A stretch of 64,000 nt of DNA from an uncultured Gaiellales bacterium (GTDB taxonomy: Bacteria; Actinomycetota; Thermoleophilia; Gaiellales; Gaiellaceae). Each line of letters begins with the position of its first letter. The stretch's first letter is position 1. The stretch spans positions 20,454 to 84,453 of the forward strand of contig CAYGLV010000002.1 of NCBI GenBank assembly GCA_964351025.1, given 5' to 3'. Below the pieces are notes generated by a model. It saw nothing but the letters and a program-made list of their open reading frames with translations, did not search any database and was not told where the DNA came from. Below, piece by piece: positions 55,665-63,900 of this stretch. Position numbers and translations under genes: made by a program.

Positions 55665-57071
55665 TCAACCCGTCAGCTGCTCGCCGAAGCGGGCGCGCTT
55701 CACGAACTGCCCGTGCCCGGCCTCGACGACAAGCGTGTCGTTCTCGACGACGACCGTGCCGCGGACGAGCACGACCTCGGGGGCGCCGGTGACCTTCTCG
55801 CCCTCGAACAGGTTGTAGTTCACGTTCGTGTGGTGCGTGGCCGCGGAGATCGTGACCTTCTTCTCCGGGTCCCACACGACGATGTCCGCGTCTGCGCCCG
55901 GTGCGATCGTGCCCTTGCGCGGGTAGAGGCCGAACAGCTTCGCCGGGTTCGTCGACACGAGCTCGACGAAGCGGTTGAGCGAGATGCGGCCGGTGCGCAC
56001 GCCGTGCGTGTAGAGCATGTGCAGCCGGTTCTCGATCCCCGGTCCGCCGTTCGGGATCACCTGGAACTCCTTGCCGTTGATCCCCTTCTGCTCGGGCCAG
56101 TTGAACGGGCAGTGGTCGGTCGAGAGGACGGAGAGCACGTCGGAGCCGAGCGCCTTCCAGAGGTGCTCCTGCTCCGCCTTCGGCCGGGGCGGCGGCGTGT
56201 ACACGTACTTCGCGCCCTCGAAGTTCGGCTTCTCCAGTGCCGTGTCGTCGATGAAGAGGTACTGCGTGCAGGTCTCGCCGTGCACGTTCCAGCCCTTCTC
56301 GCGTGCGAGCGCGATCGGCTCGACGGACGGCTGGCAGGAGACGTGGACGACGTACAGCGGCGCGCCGGTGACGCGCGCCAGCTGGATCGCCCGGTTCGTC
56401 GCCTCGGCCTCGGTCTCCATCGGGCGCGTGCGCGCGTGCCAGATCGGCTCGGTCTTGCCCTCGGCAACGGCCTTCTTGACGATCAGGTCGATGGCGTCGC
56501 CGTTTTCGGCGTGCACCATCACGAGGGCGCCGGTGTCGGCCGCGACCTCCATGACCTTGAAGAGCGTCTCGTCGTCGACCATGACCGCGCCCTTGTACGC
56601 CATGAAGAGCTTGTACGAGGTGATGCCCTCGTCCGGCAGCTTCGCGAGCTCCTCGAGCGTGCCGCCCTCGCGGAGGTCGGTGACTGCGATGTGGAAGCCG
56701 ACGTCGATCACCGGCTTGCAGCGGTCGATCTTCTCGTAGTAGTTGTCGAGCGCCTGCCTGAACGAGGTTCCCGGCGCCTGGACGCAGAAGTCGACGAGCG
56801 TCGTCGTGCCGCCGAACGCCGCCGCGGTCGTCCCGGACGTGAAGTCGTCGATGGTCGTCGTGCCGCCGAAGAACATCTCGATGTGCGTGTGCGGGTCGAT
56901 CGCGCCCGGCATCACGATCTTGCCGGTCGCGTCGATCACCTTGTCGGCGCCGACGTCGAGCGACTCGCCGATCAGGGAAATCCTCCCGTCGGCGATGAAG
57001 ATATCTCCGACGTAATCATCTGAAGCCGTGACGATTCGGCCTCCCTTGATGAGCACGGACATCAGGCTCAC
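55665..57071 (-). CDS. dihydropyrimidinase / D-hydantoinase
   Basis: GAIDPHTHIE, SYKLFMAYKG (carboxylated Lys), VHAENGD, STDHCPF. GTG start at 57071. Confidence 0.9.
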   Translation of the reverse strand: MSLMSVLIKGGRIVTASDDYVGDIFIADGRISLIGESLDVGADKVIDATGKIVMPGAIDPHTHIEMFFGGTTTIDDFTSGTTAAAFGGTTTLVDFCVQAPGTSFRQALDNYYEKIDRCKPVIDVGFHIAVTDLREGGTLEELAKLPDEGITSYKLFMAYKGAVMVDDETLFKVMEVAADTGALVMVHAENGDAIDLIVKKAVAEGKTEPIWHARTRPMETEAEATNRAIQLARVTGAPLYVVHVSCQPSVEPIALAREKGWNVHGETCTQYLFIDDTALEKPNFEGAKYVYTPPPRPKAEQEHLWKALGSDVLSVLSTDHCPFNWPEQKGINGKEFQVIPNGGPGIENRLHMLYTHGVRTGRISLNRFVELVSTNPAKLFGLYPRKGTIAPGADADIVVWDPEKKVTISAATHHTNVNYNLFEGEKVTGAPEVVLVRGTVVVENDTLVVEAGHGQFVKRARFGEQLTG

Positions 57072-57093
57072 ACCCCTTTGTTGGACGGTACGA

Positions 57094-57107
57094 GGTTGTA
57101 TACAACC
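57094..57107. promoter_or_regulatory. perfect 14-bp palindrome GGTTGTATACAACC, operator-like, 23 nt upstream of the hydantoinase start
   Basis: An AT-rich perfect palindrome in a 51-nt intergenic gap of an otherwise GC-rich locus. It fits the GntR-type GT-Nx-AC operator pattern. Confidence 0.5.
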
Positions 57108-57122
57108 GCGGACCGGGCGCCG

Positions 57123-58442
57123 TCAACCGAGGTCGGGCGGGCGGCGCTCGTGCCAGTCGGTTGCGCGCTGAAACGCGTGGCCCGCCCGCAGGACCGTCTC
57201 GTCGGCGTGGCGAGCGCCCACGAGCGCGAGACCGACGGGAAGCCCGTCGACGAAGCCGCACGGAACGCTGAGCACCGGGAGCCCCGCGAGGCTCCAGGGC
57301 GAGTTGAACGGGATCACCGCGAGGCGGAAGGCGATCCGCTCGCCGCCGAGCTCGACCTCGTTCTCGCCGATGCGGGGGGCCACGATCGGCATGGCCGGTG
57401 CGGCGAGCACGTCGAACCGCTCGAAGAGGCGGCTCACTCCCTCGCAGTACGCCCGGCGTGCTCGCAGGCCCGTCACGTACGCCGTCGCGGGCAGGAACAG
57501 CCCGGCGAGCAGCCGGGCGCGAACGTCGGCGCCGTAGTCTGCGAGGCGCGTCCGCAGCCACTCGAGGTGCGCGTTTGACGCCTCGGGGAGCATGACGAGC
57601 TGCTTGATCGTCCCTGCCTCCGCGAGCATCGGCACCTCGACCGCTTCGGCGGTCGCTCCGAGCGCGACGAGCGACGCTACCCCCGTCCTCGTCGCGTCCG
57701 CGACGCGCGGGTCAGCGAGGTCGAGCAGCGCCTCGACGACGCCGATCCGCAGCCCCTTGACCCCACCCTCGACGACGCTCCGCGTCCCGGCGATCGCGTC
57801 GAGGAGCAGAGCGCAGTCCTCCGCGCTGCGCGCGATCGGCCCGACCGCGTCGAACGTCCAGGAGACGGGCACGACGCCGTGGTTGGGCACGAGCCCGGAC
57901 GACGGCCGCAGGCCGGTGACGCCGCAGAAGGAGGCCGGGATCCGGATCGAGCCGGCCGTGTCCGTGCCGAGCGTGCCGGCCGCGAGCCCCGCTGCCGTCG
58001 CGGCCCCGCTGCCGCCGCTCGAGCCGCCGCAGATGCGATCGAGCGACCAGGGGTTGTGCGCAGGGCCGAAGTGCGGGCTCGTCGTCATCGCCCCGAACGC
58101 GAACTCGTGGGTATTGAGCTTGCCGACGACGATCGCACCGGCTGCACGCAGGCGCTCGACGACCGTGGCGTCGCGAATCGCGACGTTGTCCGCCAGGATG
58201 CGCGAGGCTGCCGTCGTGCGCGACCCGGCGACGTCGATCACGTCCTTGACCGCCACGGGAACGCCGTAGAGGGGGCCGCGTGGCGGCGCCTCGGCTTCGG
58301 CGAGTGCCTCCTCGGCGCGTACCGAGATGTACGCGTTCAGCTTGCCGTCCAGGCGCTCGATCCGGTCGAGCGTGGCCTGCACGGCTTCGCGAGGCGACAG
58401 CACGCCTGCCTTCAGCTCTTCCGCAAGACGGGCGAGGCTCAT
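57123..58442 (-). CDS. amidase-signature amidase (GatA/AtzE-like)
   Basis: GGSSGGSGAATAAG and GTDTAGSIRIPASFCG. Confidence 0.88.
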   Translation of the reverse strand: MSLARLAEELKAGVLSPREAVQATLDRIERLDGKLNAYISVRAEEALAEAEAPPRGPLYGVPVAVKDVIDVAGSRTTAASRILADNVAIRDATVVERLRAAGAIVVGKLNTHEFAFGAMTTSPHFGPAHNPWSLDRICGGSSGGSGAATAAGLAAGTLGTDTAGSIRIPASFCGVTGLRPSSGLVPNHGVVPVSWTFDAVGPIARSAEDCALLLDAIAGTRSVVEGGVKGLRIGVVEALLDLADPRVADATRTGVASLVALGATAEAVEVPMLAEAGTIKQLVMLPEASNAHLEWLRTRLADYGADVRARLLAGLFLPATAYVTGLRARRAYCEGVSRLFERFDVLAAPAMPIVAPRIGENEVELGGERIAFRLAVIPFNSPWSLAGLPVLSVPCGFVDGLPVGLALVGARHADETVLRAGHAFQRATDWHERRPPDLG

Positions 58443-58612
58443 ACGGGCGTCTCCGGGGGAAGCGTTTGCTCGATCTCGGCGAGCGCCGGCAGGATCACGT
58501 TCAGGAAGCCGAGCACGGCCTCCAGATCGGCGTCGTCGGGAGCGACGCCCTGGCGCGCCGCAAGCTCTCGCAGAAACTCGAGCGTGGGTGGCAGGTTAGA
58601 CTCGGAGGCCAT
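58439..58612 (-). CDS. 57-aa GatC/AtzG-like (DUF4089-like) small partner ORF of the amidase; not in the supplied ORF track
   Basis: Hand translation: MASESNLPPTLEFLRELAARQGVAPDDADLEAVLGFLNVILPALAEIEQTLPPETPV. Its TGA overlaps the amidase ATG (ATGA). Confidence 0.5.
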   Translation of the reverse strand: MASESNLPPTLEFLRELAARQGVAPDDADLEAVLGFLNVILPALAEIEQTLPPETPV

Positions 58613-58802
58613 GCCGATCTACGAGTATCGCTGTGATGCGTGCGAGGCGCGCTTCGAGGAGTACCTCTCGACCTCCGACAAGCCTGCCCCGCCCTGCCCC
58701 GAGTGCGCGTCGAAGAAGGTGACGAAGCTGATGTCGCCCATCAACACGGAGTGGCTGCCGAGCGACGTCGCCTGGGACCGCGTCGGGCGCTCCTGGGACT
58801 GA
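58611..58802 (+). CDS. FmdB-family zinc-ribbon protein (CxxC_CxxC_SSSS type)
   Basis: MPIYEYRCDACEARFEEY...CPECASKKVTKLMS is the canonical family N-terminus and double CxxC. Confidence 0.85.
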   Translation: MPIYEYRCDACEARFEEYLSTSDKPAPPCPECASKKVTKLMSPINTEWLPSDVAWDRVGRSWD

Positions 58803-58946
58803 CGTCGCCGGACGGCGTCCCGGGCTGCGCAGGAGTGTCCCCGAGGGCTGAGCGCGGCCGCTTGCGGCGCGCCATGACGAACCGTTGAGGGACCCACCCG
58901 CCCCCGGGGGAGGCGACCTTGATCCGGGACGCGACTCGTTGTCGAG

Positions 58947-59306
58947 TTACGCCGGCTTCGCGTAATTCGACATGCCGGTGACATCCAGGATGACGCACTG
59001 TCCGTCGCCGGCGATCCACGCATCGTGTCCCGAGGGCATATGGAAGGCGTCACCCGGCCCGTACTCGACCTCGTCGCCGTCGTCCATCCGCACCACCATG
59101 CGGCCCTCGAGGACGTACCCGGTGTGCGCAGCCTGGCAGGAATCAGTCCCGGCGACCGGCTTCACGTGCTCGGACCAGCGCCAGCCGGGCTCGAAGACCC
59201 CACGTCCGATCTGGAGCTCGCCGACAGCAACGATCTCCACCTTGCCCTTGCTGAAGGCCCGCGTGTCGTCCGGGGTTTCGAAACGCTTCTTCACGAGACC
59301 AGCCAT
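58947..59306 (-). CDS. cupin domain protein
   Basis: G.FEPGWRWSEH...HTGYVLEGRMVVRMDDGDEVEYGPGDAFHMPSGHDAW. GGAGG RBS before the ATG at 59306. Confidence 0.75.
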   Translation of the reverse strand: MAGLVKKRFETPDDTRAFSKGKVEIVAVGELQIGRGVFEPGWRWSEHVKPVAGTDSCQAAHTGYVLEGRMVVRMDDGDEVEYGPGDAFHMPSGHDAWIAGDGQCVILDVTGMSNYAKPA

Positions 59307-59547
59307 TCGTGACCTCCTTCTTCGTGATCCAGACGGTCGAGTCTGGTCGAAATAGACCACACAGTCAAAGCGACGGTTAGGGCGCCGCGAACATGACGCT
59401 GGTCAAGAGACCTGACGATCGCCTGGGCAAGTGTTCAGGAATGTCGCCTGACCGCGTTACCCGGGCAGCGGGCGGTCTCCGTGTCCATCCGATTGCTAGG
59501 AGGGCTTGGCGAAACGGGTCGCCGGCACAGCGGCCCCCTCGAAAGGG

Positions 59548-59808
59548 TCAGCGGCTGGTTGATGGGCTGGGGTTCGCGACCTGATCGTGCCAGCTGCGCG
59601 CGCATGCAGTCGAGCAGAACGGGTCGCCATTCTTGACGGCGACCTCAGGGCGCTCACTACGACAGCACGGGCAGCGTCCATTCCGTCGTGCGGGAGGATC
59701 AGCTCTTATCGAGGGCTGCTCGTCCAACCCCGTACGAGCTTCACTCTTCACGGCCAGCCCGTTGATGATGCTCGCCACGCCGGTGAGAAGAAGGATGATG
59801 CTAGCCAT
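59548..59808 (-). CDS. possible 86-aa membrane-anchored Cys-rich (TRASH/FCS-like) miniprotein with atypical codon usage
   Basis: N-terminal TM helix MASIILLLTGVASIINGLAV. CPCC...FCSTAC. No clear RBS and many A/T-ending codons. Confidence 0.3.
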   Translation of the reverse strand: MASIILLLTGVASIINGLAVKSEARTGLDEQPSIRADPPARRNGRCPCCRSERPEVAVKNGDPFCSTACARSWHDQVANPSPSTSR

Positions 59809-60003
59809 AGCCGGTGAAAAGGTCGAGCCGCCCGGCTCGCTGGGTGACCCGCTCAGCGGAACGAACGTGCCTGGCCCTGCAAGTCGAATCCTGTTCGCCT
59901 AGGCTCCTCGTCTCGCGCGCCAGAGCGCGTCGGCAGGCTTCGGGCTTTCGGCCGGGGTTCTGGCCGCAGGGCCAGTTGGAGCCAGTCTACTCCTGGCGTC
60001 GGC

Positions 60004-61212
60004 CTAGCCGAACACGCCCGAGTCGGCGAGCTCACGCAGACGCTCCGGCCCGTAGCCGCAGAGCTCGCTGAGCACCTGCTCGGTGTGCTCGCCGCGGAAG
60101 GGCCCACGCTCGGCCGGCCGCTCGAGCGACTCCGCGCCGTCGGAGAGCCGCAGCGGCGTCCGGATCGAGCGCACCCGCCCGAGCGTCGGGTGGTCGTGCT
60201 CGACGATGTCGTCGCGCGCGACCGTCTGCGGGTCCTCGAGCGCCTCCTCGACCGAGTTGACGCGGGCCGCCGGGATCCCGGCCCCCACAAGCGCTTCGAG
60301 CCAGTCCTCGACGGCCCGCTCCTTGAAGACCCGGGCGAGCTCGGGCACGAGCACGTCGCGGTGCTCGTTGCGGCCGCTCATCGTCGCGAACCGGGGGTCG
60401 GCGGCGAGGTCGGGTCGGCCGATCGCCTCGCACAGCTTCTCCCAGAACTTCTGCTTTGCGGCGGCGACGACGAGCCAGCCGTCCGCGGCCTCGAAGTTCT
60501 GGAAGGGGACGATCGTCGGGTGCGCGGAGTCCGGGCGCCGCGGCGGGACGTAGCCGTGGGTCGCCGCCCAGGGGCCGATGTACATCAGCTCGTGCAGCGC
60601 CGTCTCGAACAGGGACACGTCGCAGTCGCACCCGACCCCGTCGCGCCGCGCCCGCCAGATCCCCGAGAGCAGCGCGATCGCGGAGGCGTATCCGCCGGAG
60701 AGGTCCACGAGCGAGAGGCCGCTCTTCGTCGGCGGCCCACCGGGCTCGCCCGTCAGGCTCATCCACCCGGCGAGCCCCTGCATCATGTAGTCGTAGCCGC
60801 CCTCCCCGGCGCGCGGCCCGGTCATCCCGAAGCCCGAGAGCGAGCAGCAGACGATCCTCGGGTTGACGTCCCGGAGCTGCTCGTACGTGAGGCCGAGCTT
60901 CTGCGGCTGGTCGCCCCGGAGGTTCGAGTAGACCGCGTCGGCGGCGCGGACGAGGTCGTGGAAGACCGCGCGCGCGCCGGGGTGGCGGAAGTCGAGCGAG
61001 ATGCTCTTCTTGCCACGGTTGAACGTCTCGAAGAAGAGCGAGCTCTCGTCCTCCTGAAAGGGTGGCACGTACCGGCCAACGTCGCCCTGTGAGGCCGGGT
61101 CTTCGATCTTGATCACCTCGGCGCCGAGGTCGGCGAGCTGGAGCGTGCCCCAGGGCCCCGCCCCGAACTGCTCGACCGCCAGCACGCGGATGTCGGCGAG
61201 CGGCAGCGTCAC
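60004..61212 (-). CDS. family III (CaiB/BaiF) CoA-transferase
   Basis: IRVLAVEQFGAGPWGTLQLADLGAEVIKIE, SNLRGD. Its GTG overlaps the GntR TGA. Confidence 0.85.
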   Translation of the reverse strand: MTLPLADIRVLAVEQFGAGPWGTLQLADLGAEVIKIEDPASQGDVGRYVPPFQEDESSLFFETFNRGKKSISLDFRHPGARAVFHDLVRAADAVYSNLRGDQPQKLGLTYEQLRDVNPRIVCCSLSGFGMTGPRAGEGGYDYMMQGLAGWMSLTGEPGGPPTKSGLSLVDLSGGYASAIALLSGIWRARRDGVGCDCDVSLFETALHELMYIGPWAATHGYVPPRRPDSAHPTIVPFQNFEAADGWLVVAAAKQKFWEKLCEAIGRPDLAADPRFATMSGRNEHRDVLVPELARVFKERAVEDWLEALVGAGIPAARVNSVEEALEDPQTVARDDIVEHDHPTLGRVRSIRTPLRLSDGAESLERPAERGPFRGEHTEQVLSELCGYGPERLRELADSGVFG

Positions 61213-61940
61213 CCTCTCTCCGCCGCCTTGACCGCGTGGCGCCAGGCCTTCTCGTAGAACGGCCGTAGAAACTCAAGGTGCGAGCCCATCTCGCGCTCGG
61301 CCGCGCGCGCGTCGCCGGCCTCGATCGCCGCGGTGATCGCCCGGTGCTGGTCGTTGATCGAGCGGTGGAAGCGCTGGCCCAGCGACGAGCGAGCCAGGTT
61401 CGTCTGCAGGACGGAGAAGACGGGCTGGGCCGCGACGGTCAGCAGGACGTTGCCGCACGTCTCGATCACGACCGAGTGGAACTGCTCGTTGAAGGCGAAC
61501 TGATCGAGCGTCGAGAGCTCGAGCGGACTGGTCGGGATCGCCTCCTTGAGGCGGACGATGTCTGCCGCCTTGCGCCGCTTCGCCGCGAGGCCCGCGGCAG
61601 GCACCTCGAGCGCGGCGCGGGCCTCGAGCAGCTCCTCGAGCGAGACGTCCTGCGCCTTGGTGAGCAGGTCCAGGCTGGAGCGGAGGAACTCCGAGATGTG
61701 GTCGGCGGTCGGCATGGTCACGTAGCTCCCGCCGCCCGCTCCCTTCGCGGTGTGGATCAGTCTCTGCGCCGCCAGGTGGCGCAGCGCCTCCCGCACGGTG
61801 GCCCGGCTGACGCCGAACTCGTGCGCGAGCGTGTTCTCGTTCGGCAGCCGCTCGCCCCGGGCGAGCTCTCCGTGCACGATCAACTCGTAGAGCTGGTCGG
61901 CGACCTGCTCGTACGCCTTCCGCACCCGTCGGACTCCCAT
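61209..61940 (-). CDS. GntR family transcriptional regulator (FadR/FCD subfamily)
   Basis: LPNENTLAHEFGVSRATVREALRHLAAQRLI wHTH plus FCD-like C-terminus. Confidence 0.85.
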   Translation of the reverse strand: MGVRRVRKAYEQVADQLYELIVHGELARGERLPNENTLAHEFGVSRATVREALRHLAAQRLIHTAKGAGGGSYVTMPTADHISEFLRSSLDLLTKAQDVSLEELLEARAALEVPAAGLAAKRRKAADIVRLKEAIPTSPLELSTLDQFAFNEQFHSVVIETCGNVLLTVAAQPVFSVLQTNLARSSLGQRFHRSINDQHRAITAAIEAGDARAAEREMGSHLEFLRPFYEKAWRHAVKAAERG

Positions 61941-61978
61941 GGAGCTCGTCGGGCGCTCGACGGGGCGCAGGCGCCCGT

Positions 61979-63889
61979 CTATCGGAGACCGAACTCCTCG
62001 TTGCCCGCGACGCTCGCTGGGGCGGACGACGGCGGCAGCCCCCGCTCGGCGAAGTGCTCCGTCAGCGATCGCCCCCTCGGCGTGCGGCGCAGCTCCTCTC
62101 GGAGGGCCGTGGTCGCAGCCACGTCGATCTCGAGCGACACCTCGTCGACGAAGACGACTCCGTACGCGTCGCGGGCGAGCTCGAGCGTCGTGAAGTCGTC
62201 GAGCACGTCCTCCCGCACCATGTCGGGAACCCGTTCGAGGGGGTCCCCGTAGCCCGCCGCGTTGGGCTCCCGGAACTCGATGAACTCACCCGCGGCGAAC
62301 GGGATGCCCGTCACCTTCGCCGGCAGCGCTTCCTCGGCCTCCGTGTCCGGGTTCTTGCGGCAGGACGCAACGAGGCCGTCCCAGCCGCCGAACACGGCCT
62401 TCGGCGAATCGGTCTGCCGGTCGCCCTCGCACGAGTACGTCCCGTCGACGAGGAAGCGGTTGCGACGGATGATCCCGATGCCGCCCCGCCACTTCCCGGG
62501 CGCGGCCGGCTCCGGCCGCAGCTCGTACTGATCGCACCGGACCGGGAAGCGCATGTCCAGCTCCTCGATCGGGTTGTTGCGCGTGTTCGCCATCAGGTTG
62601 TCGACCGAGTCCATCGCGTCCTTGCCGTACCTGCCCCCGTACGAGCCCTCGTTCACCTCGAGGTAGAGCCAGTACTGGCCGACCTCGTCGTCGAAGCCTG
62701 CGTAGGCGCAGAAGTGGATGCCCGCCGAGTTGCCGCCGGTGACCTGCTGCGGAAGGGCCTCGGCGAGCGCGAGGATCGTGTTGTCGACGACGCGCTGCAC
62801 CTGGGTGAAGCGCGAGAAGCACGCACGCGGGAAGTTCGGGTTGAAGATCGTCCCCTTTGGGGCGATCACCTTGACGGGCCGGAAGACGCCGTCGTTCTGC
62901 GGCACGTGCTCCGGGAACGTGACCTCGTCGAGGAGGATCGTGCGCACGGCGTAGTAGGCGCCGACGAGCAGCGAGCCCTCGAAGGGCACGTTGAAGCCCG
63001 TGGGCACCTCGGGGTGCGAGCCCGTGAGGTCGATCGTGATCTCGTCACCCTCGACGATCACCCGCGTCTCGACGCGGAGCCGGACGTCGCGGTTCCGCGC
63101 ATCGTCGTCCAGCCAGCCGACGACGGGGCCGTAGACGCCGTCCGGGATCTTTGCGATCTCCGTGCGCAGCATCCGCTCCGAGTAGTCCATCCACTCGTAG
63201 GCGGCGCTCATGACGATGTCTGCGCCGTACCGGTTGACAAGGCGGAGGAAGCGCTCCTTCCCCAGCTGGCAGGCGGCGAGCATCGCGTTCATGTCGCCCC
63301 GGTTCATCGTCTCGGTGCGCACGTTGTCGAACAGCATCCGGTCGAGGTCCTCGTTCAGCTCGCCCCGCCGGTACCAGCGCAGGCCGTTGTAGAGCTTGGC
63401 CTCCGCGTAGACGTCGAAGGCGTCCGCGTTGATGCCCGGGTACGACCCGCCGACGTCGAGGACGTGGGCTGTGACCGCGGCGAAGCCGAGGAGCTCGCCC
63501 TCGTGGAAGATCGGCACGGCGACGGCGATGTCGGGCGAGTGCGAGGCGCCGAGGTACGGGTGGTTGTGGACGATCACGTCGCCTTCCTCGATCTCCCCGC
63601 CGAGGCGGTGGAGGAAGCCGCGGATGTACCAGGGCAGGGAGCCGATGTGCATCGGCGTCGAATCGGACTCGCACAGCTCGCGTCCCTCGGCGTCGAAGAT
63701 GCCGGCCCCGAGGTCCTCGGACTCGCGGATGATGGACGAGTAGCTCATCCGGAAGAGCACGCCGGCCATCTCCTTCGCGATCGCGTGGTACGCGCCGCCG
63801 AGCACCCGCAGCGTGATGGGGTCGACCTCGACGCGCCGGCGGGCGGGTGGCCCCGGCTGGCGCCCGACCTCGTAGTCGATCACAGACAT
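61979..63889 (-). CDS. hyuB: hydantoinase B/oxoprolinase subunit (HyuB family), second copy
   Basis: DPITLRVLGGAYHAIAKEMAGVLFRMSYSSIIRESEDLG, PGKWRGGIG. Confidence 0.88.
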   Translation of the reverse strand: MSVIDYEVGRQPGPPARRRVEVDPITLRVLGGAYHAIAKEMAGVLFRMSYSSIIRESEDLGAGIFDAEGRELCESDSTPMHIGSLPWYIRGFLHRLGGEIEEGDVIVHNHPYLGASHSPDIAVAVPIFHEGELLGFAAVTAHVLDVGGSYPGINADAFDVYAEAKLYNGLRWYRRGELNEDLDRMLFDNVRTETMNRGDMNAMLAACQLGKERFLRLVNRYGADIVMSAAYEWMDYSERMLRTEIAKIPDGVYGPVVGWLDDDARNRDVRLRVETRVIVEGDEITIDLTGSHPEVPTGFNVPFEGSLLVGAYYAVRTILLDEVTFPEHVPQNDGVFRPVKVIAPKGTIFNPNFPRACFSRFTQVQRVVDNTILALAEALPQQVTGGNSAGIHFCAYAGFDDEVGQYWLYLEVNEGSYGGRYGKDAMDSVDNLMANTRNNPIEELDMRFPVRCDQYELRPEPAAPGKWRGGIGIIRRNRFLVDGTYSCEGDRQTDSPKAVFGGWDGLVASCRKNPDTEAEEALPAKVTGIPFAAGEFIEFREPNAAGYGDPLERVPDMVREDVLDDFTTLELARDAYGVVFVDEVSLEIDVAATTALREELRRTPRGRSLTEHFAERGLPPSSAPASVAGNEEFGLR

Positions 63890-63900
63890 CGCGTTGCCCC

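Noticed and set aside
59393-59584. A 63-aa + strand ORF in the AT-richer patch.
   Set aside because: Arg/Gly/Pro-rich, with no RBS and no motifs. It partly overlaps the opposite-strand 86-aa ORF. There is no support for coding.
59883-59891. GTCGAATCC resembles a tRNA T-loop (possible tRNA or att-site remnant in the AT-richer patch).
   Set aside because: The flanks do not form a T-stem or acceptor stem, and the loop reads TCGAATC rather than TTCGAAT. No cloverleaf could be built.
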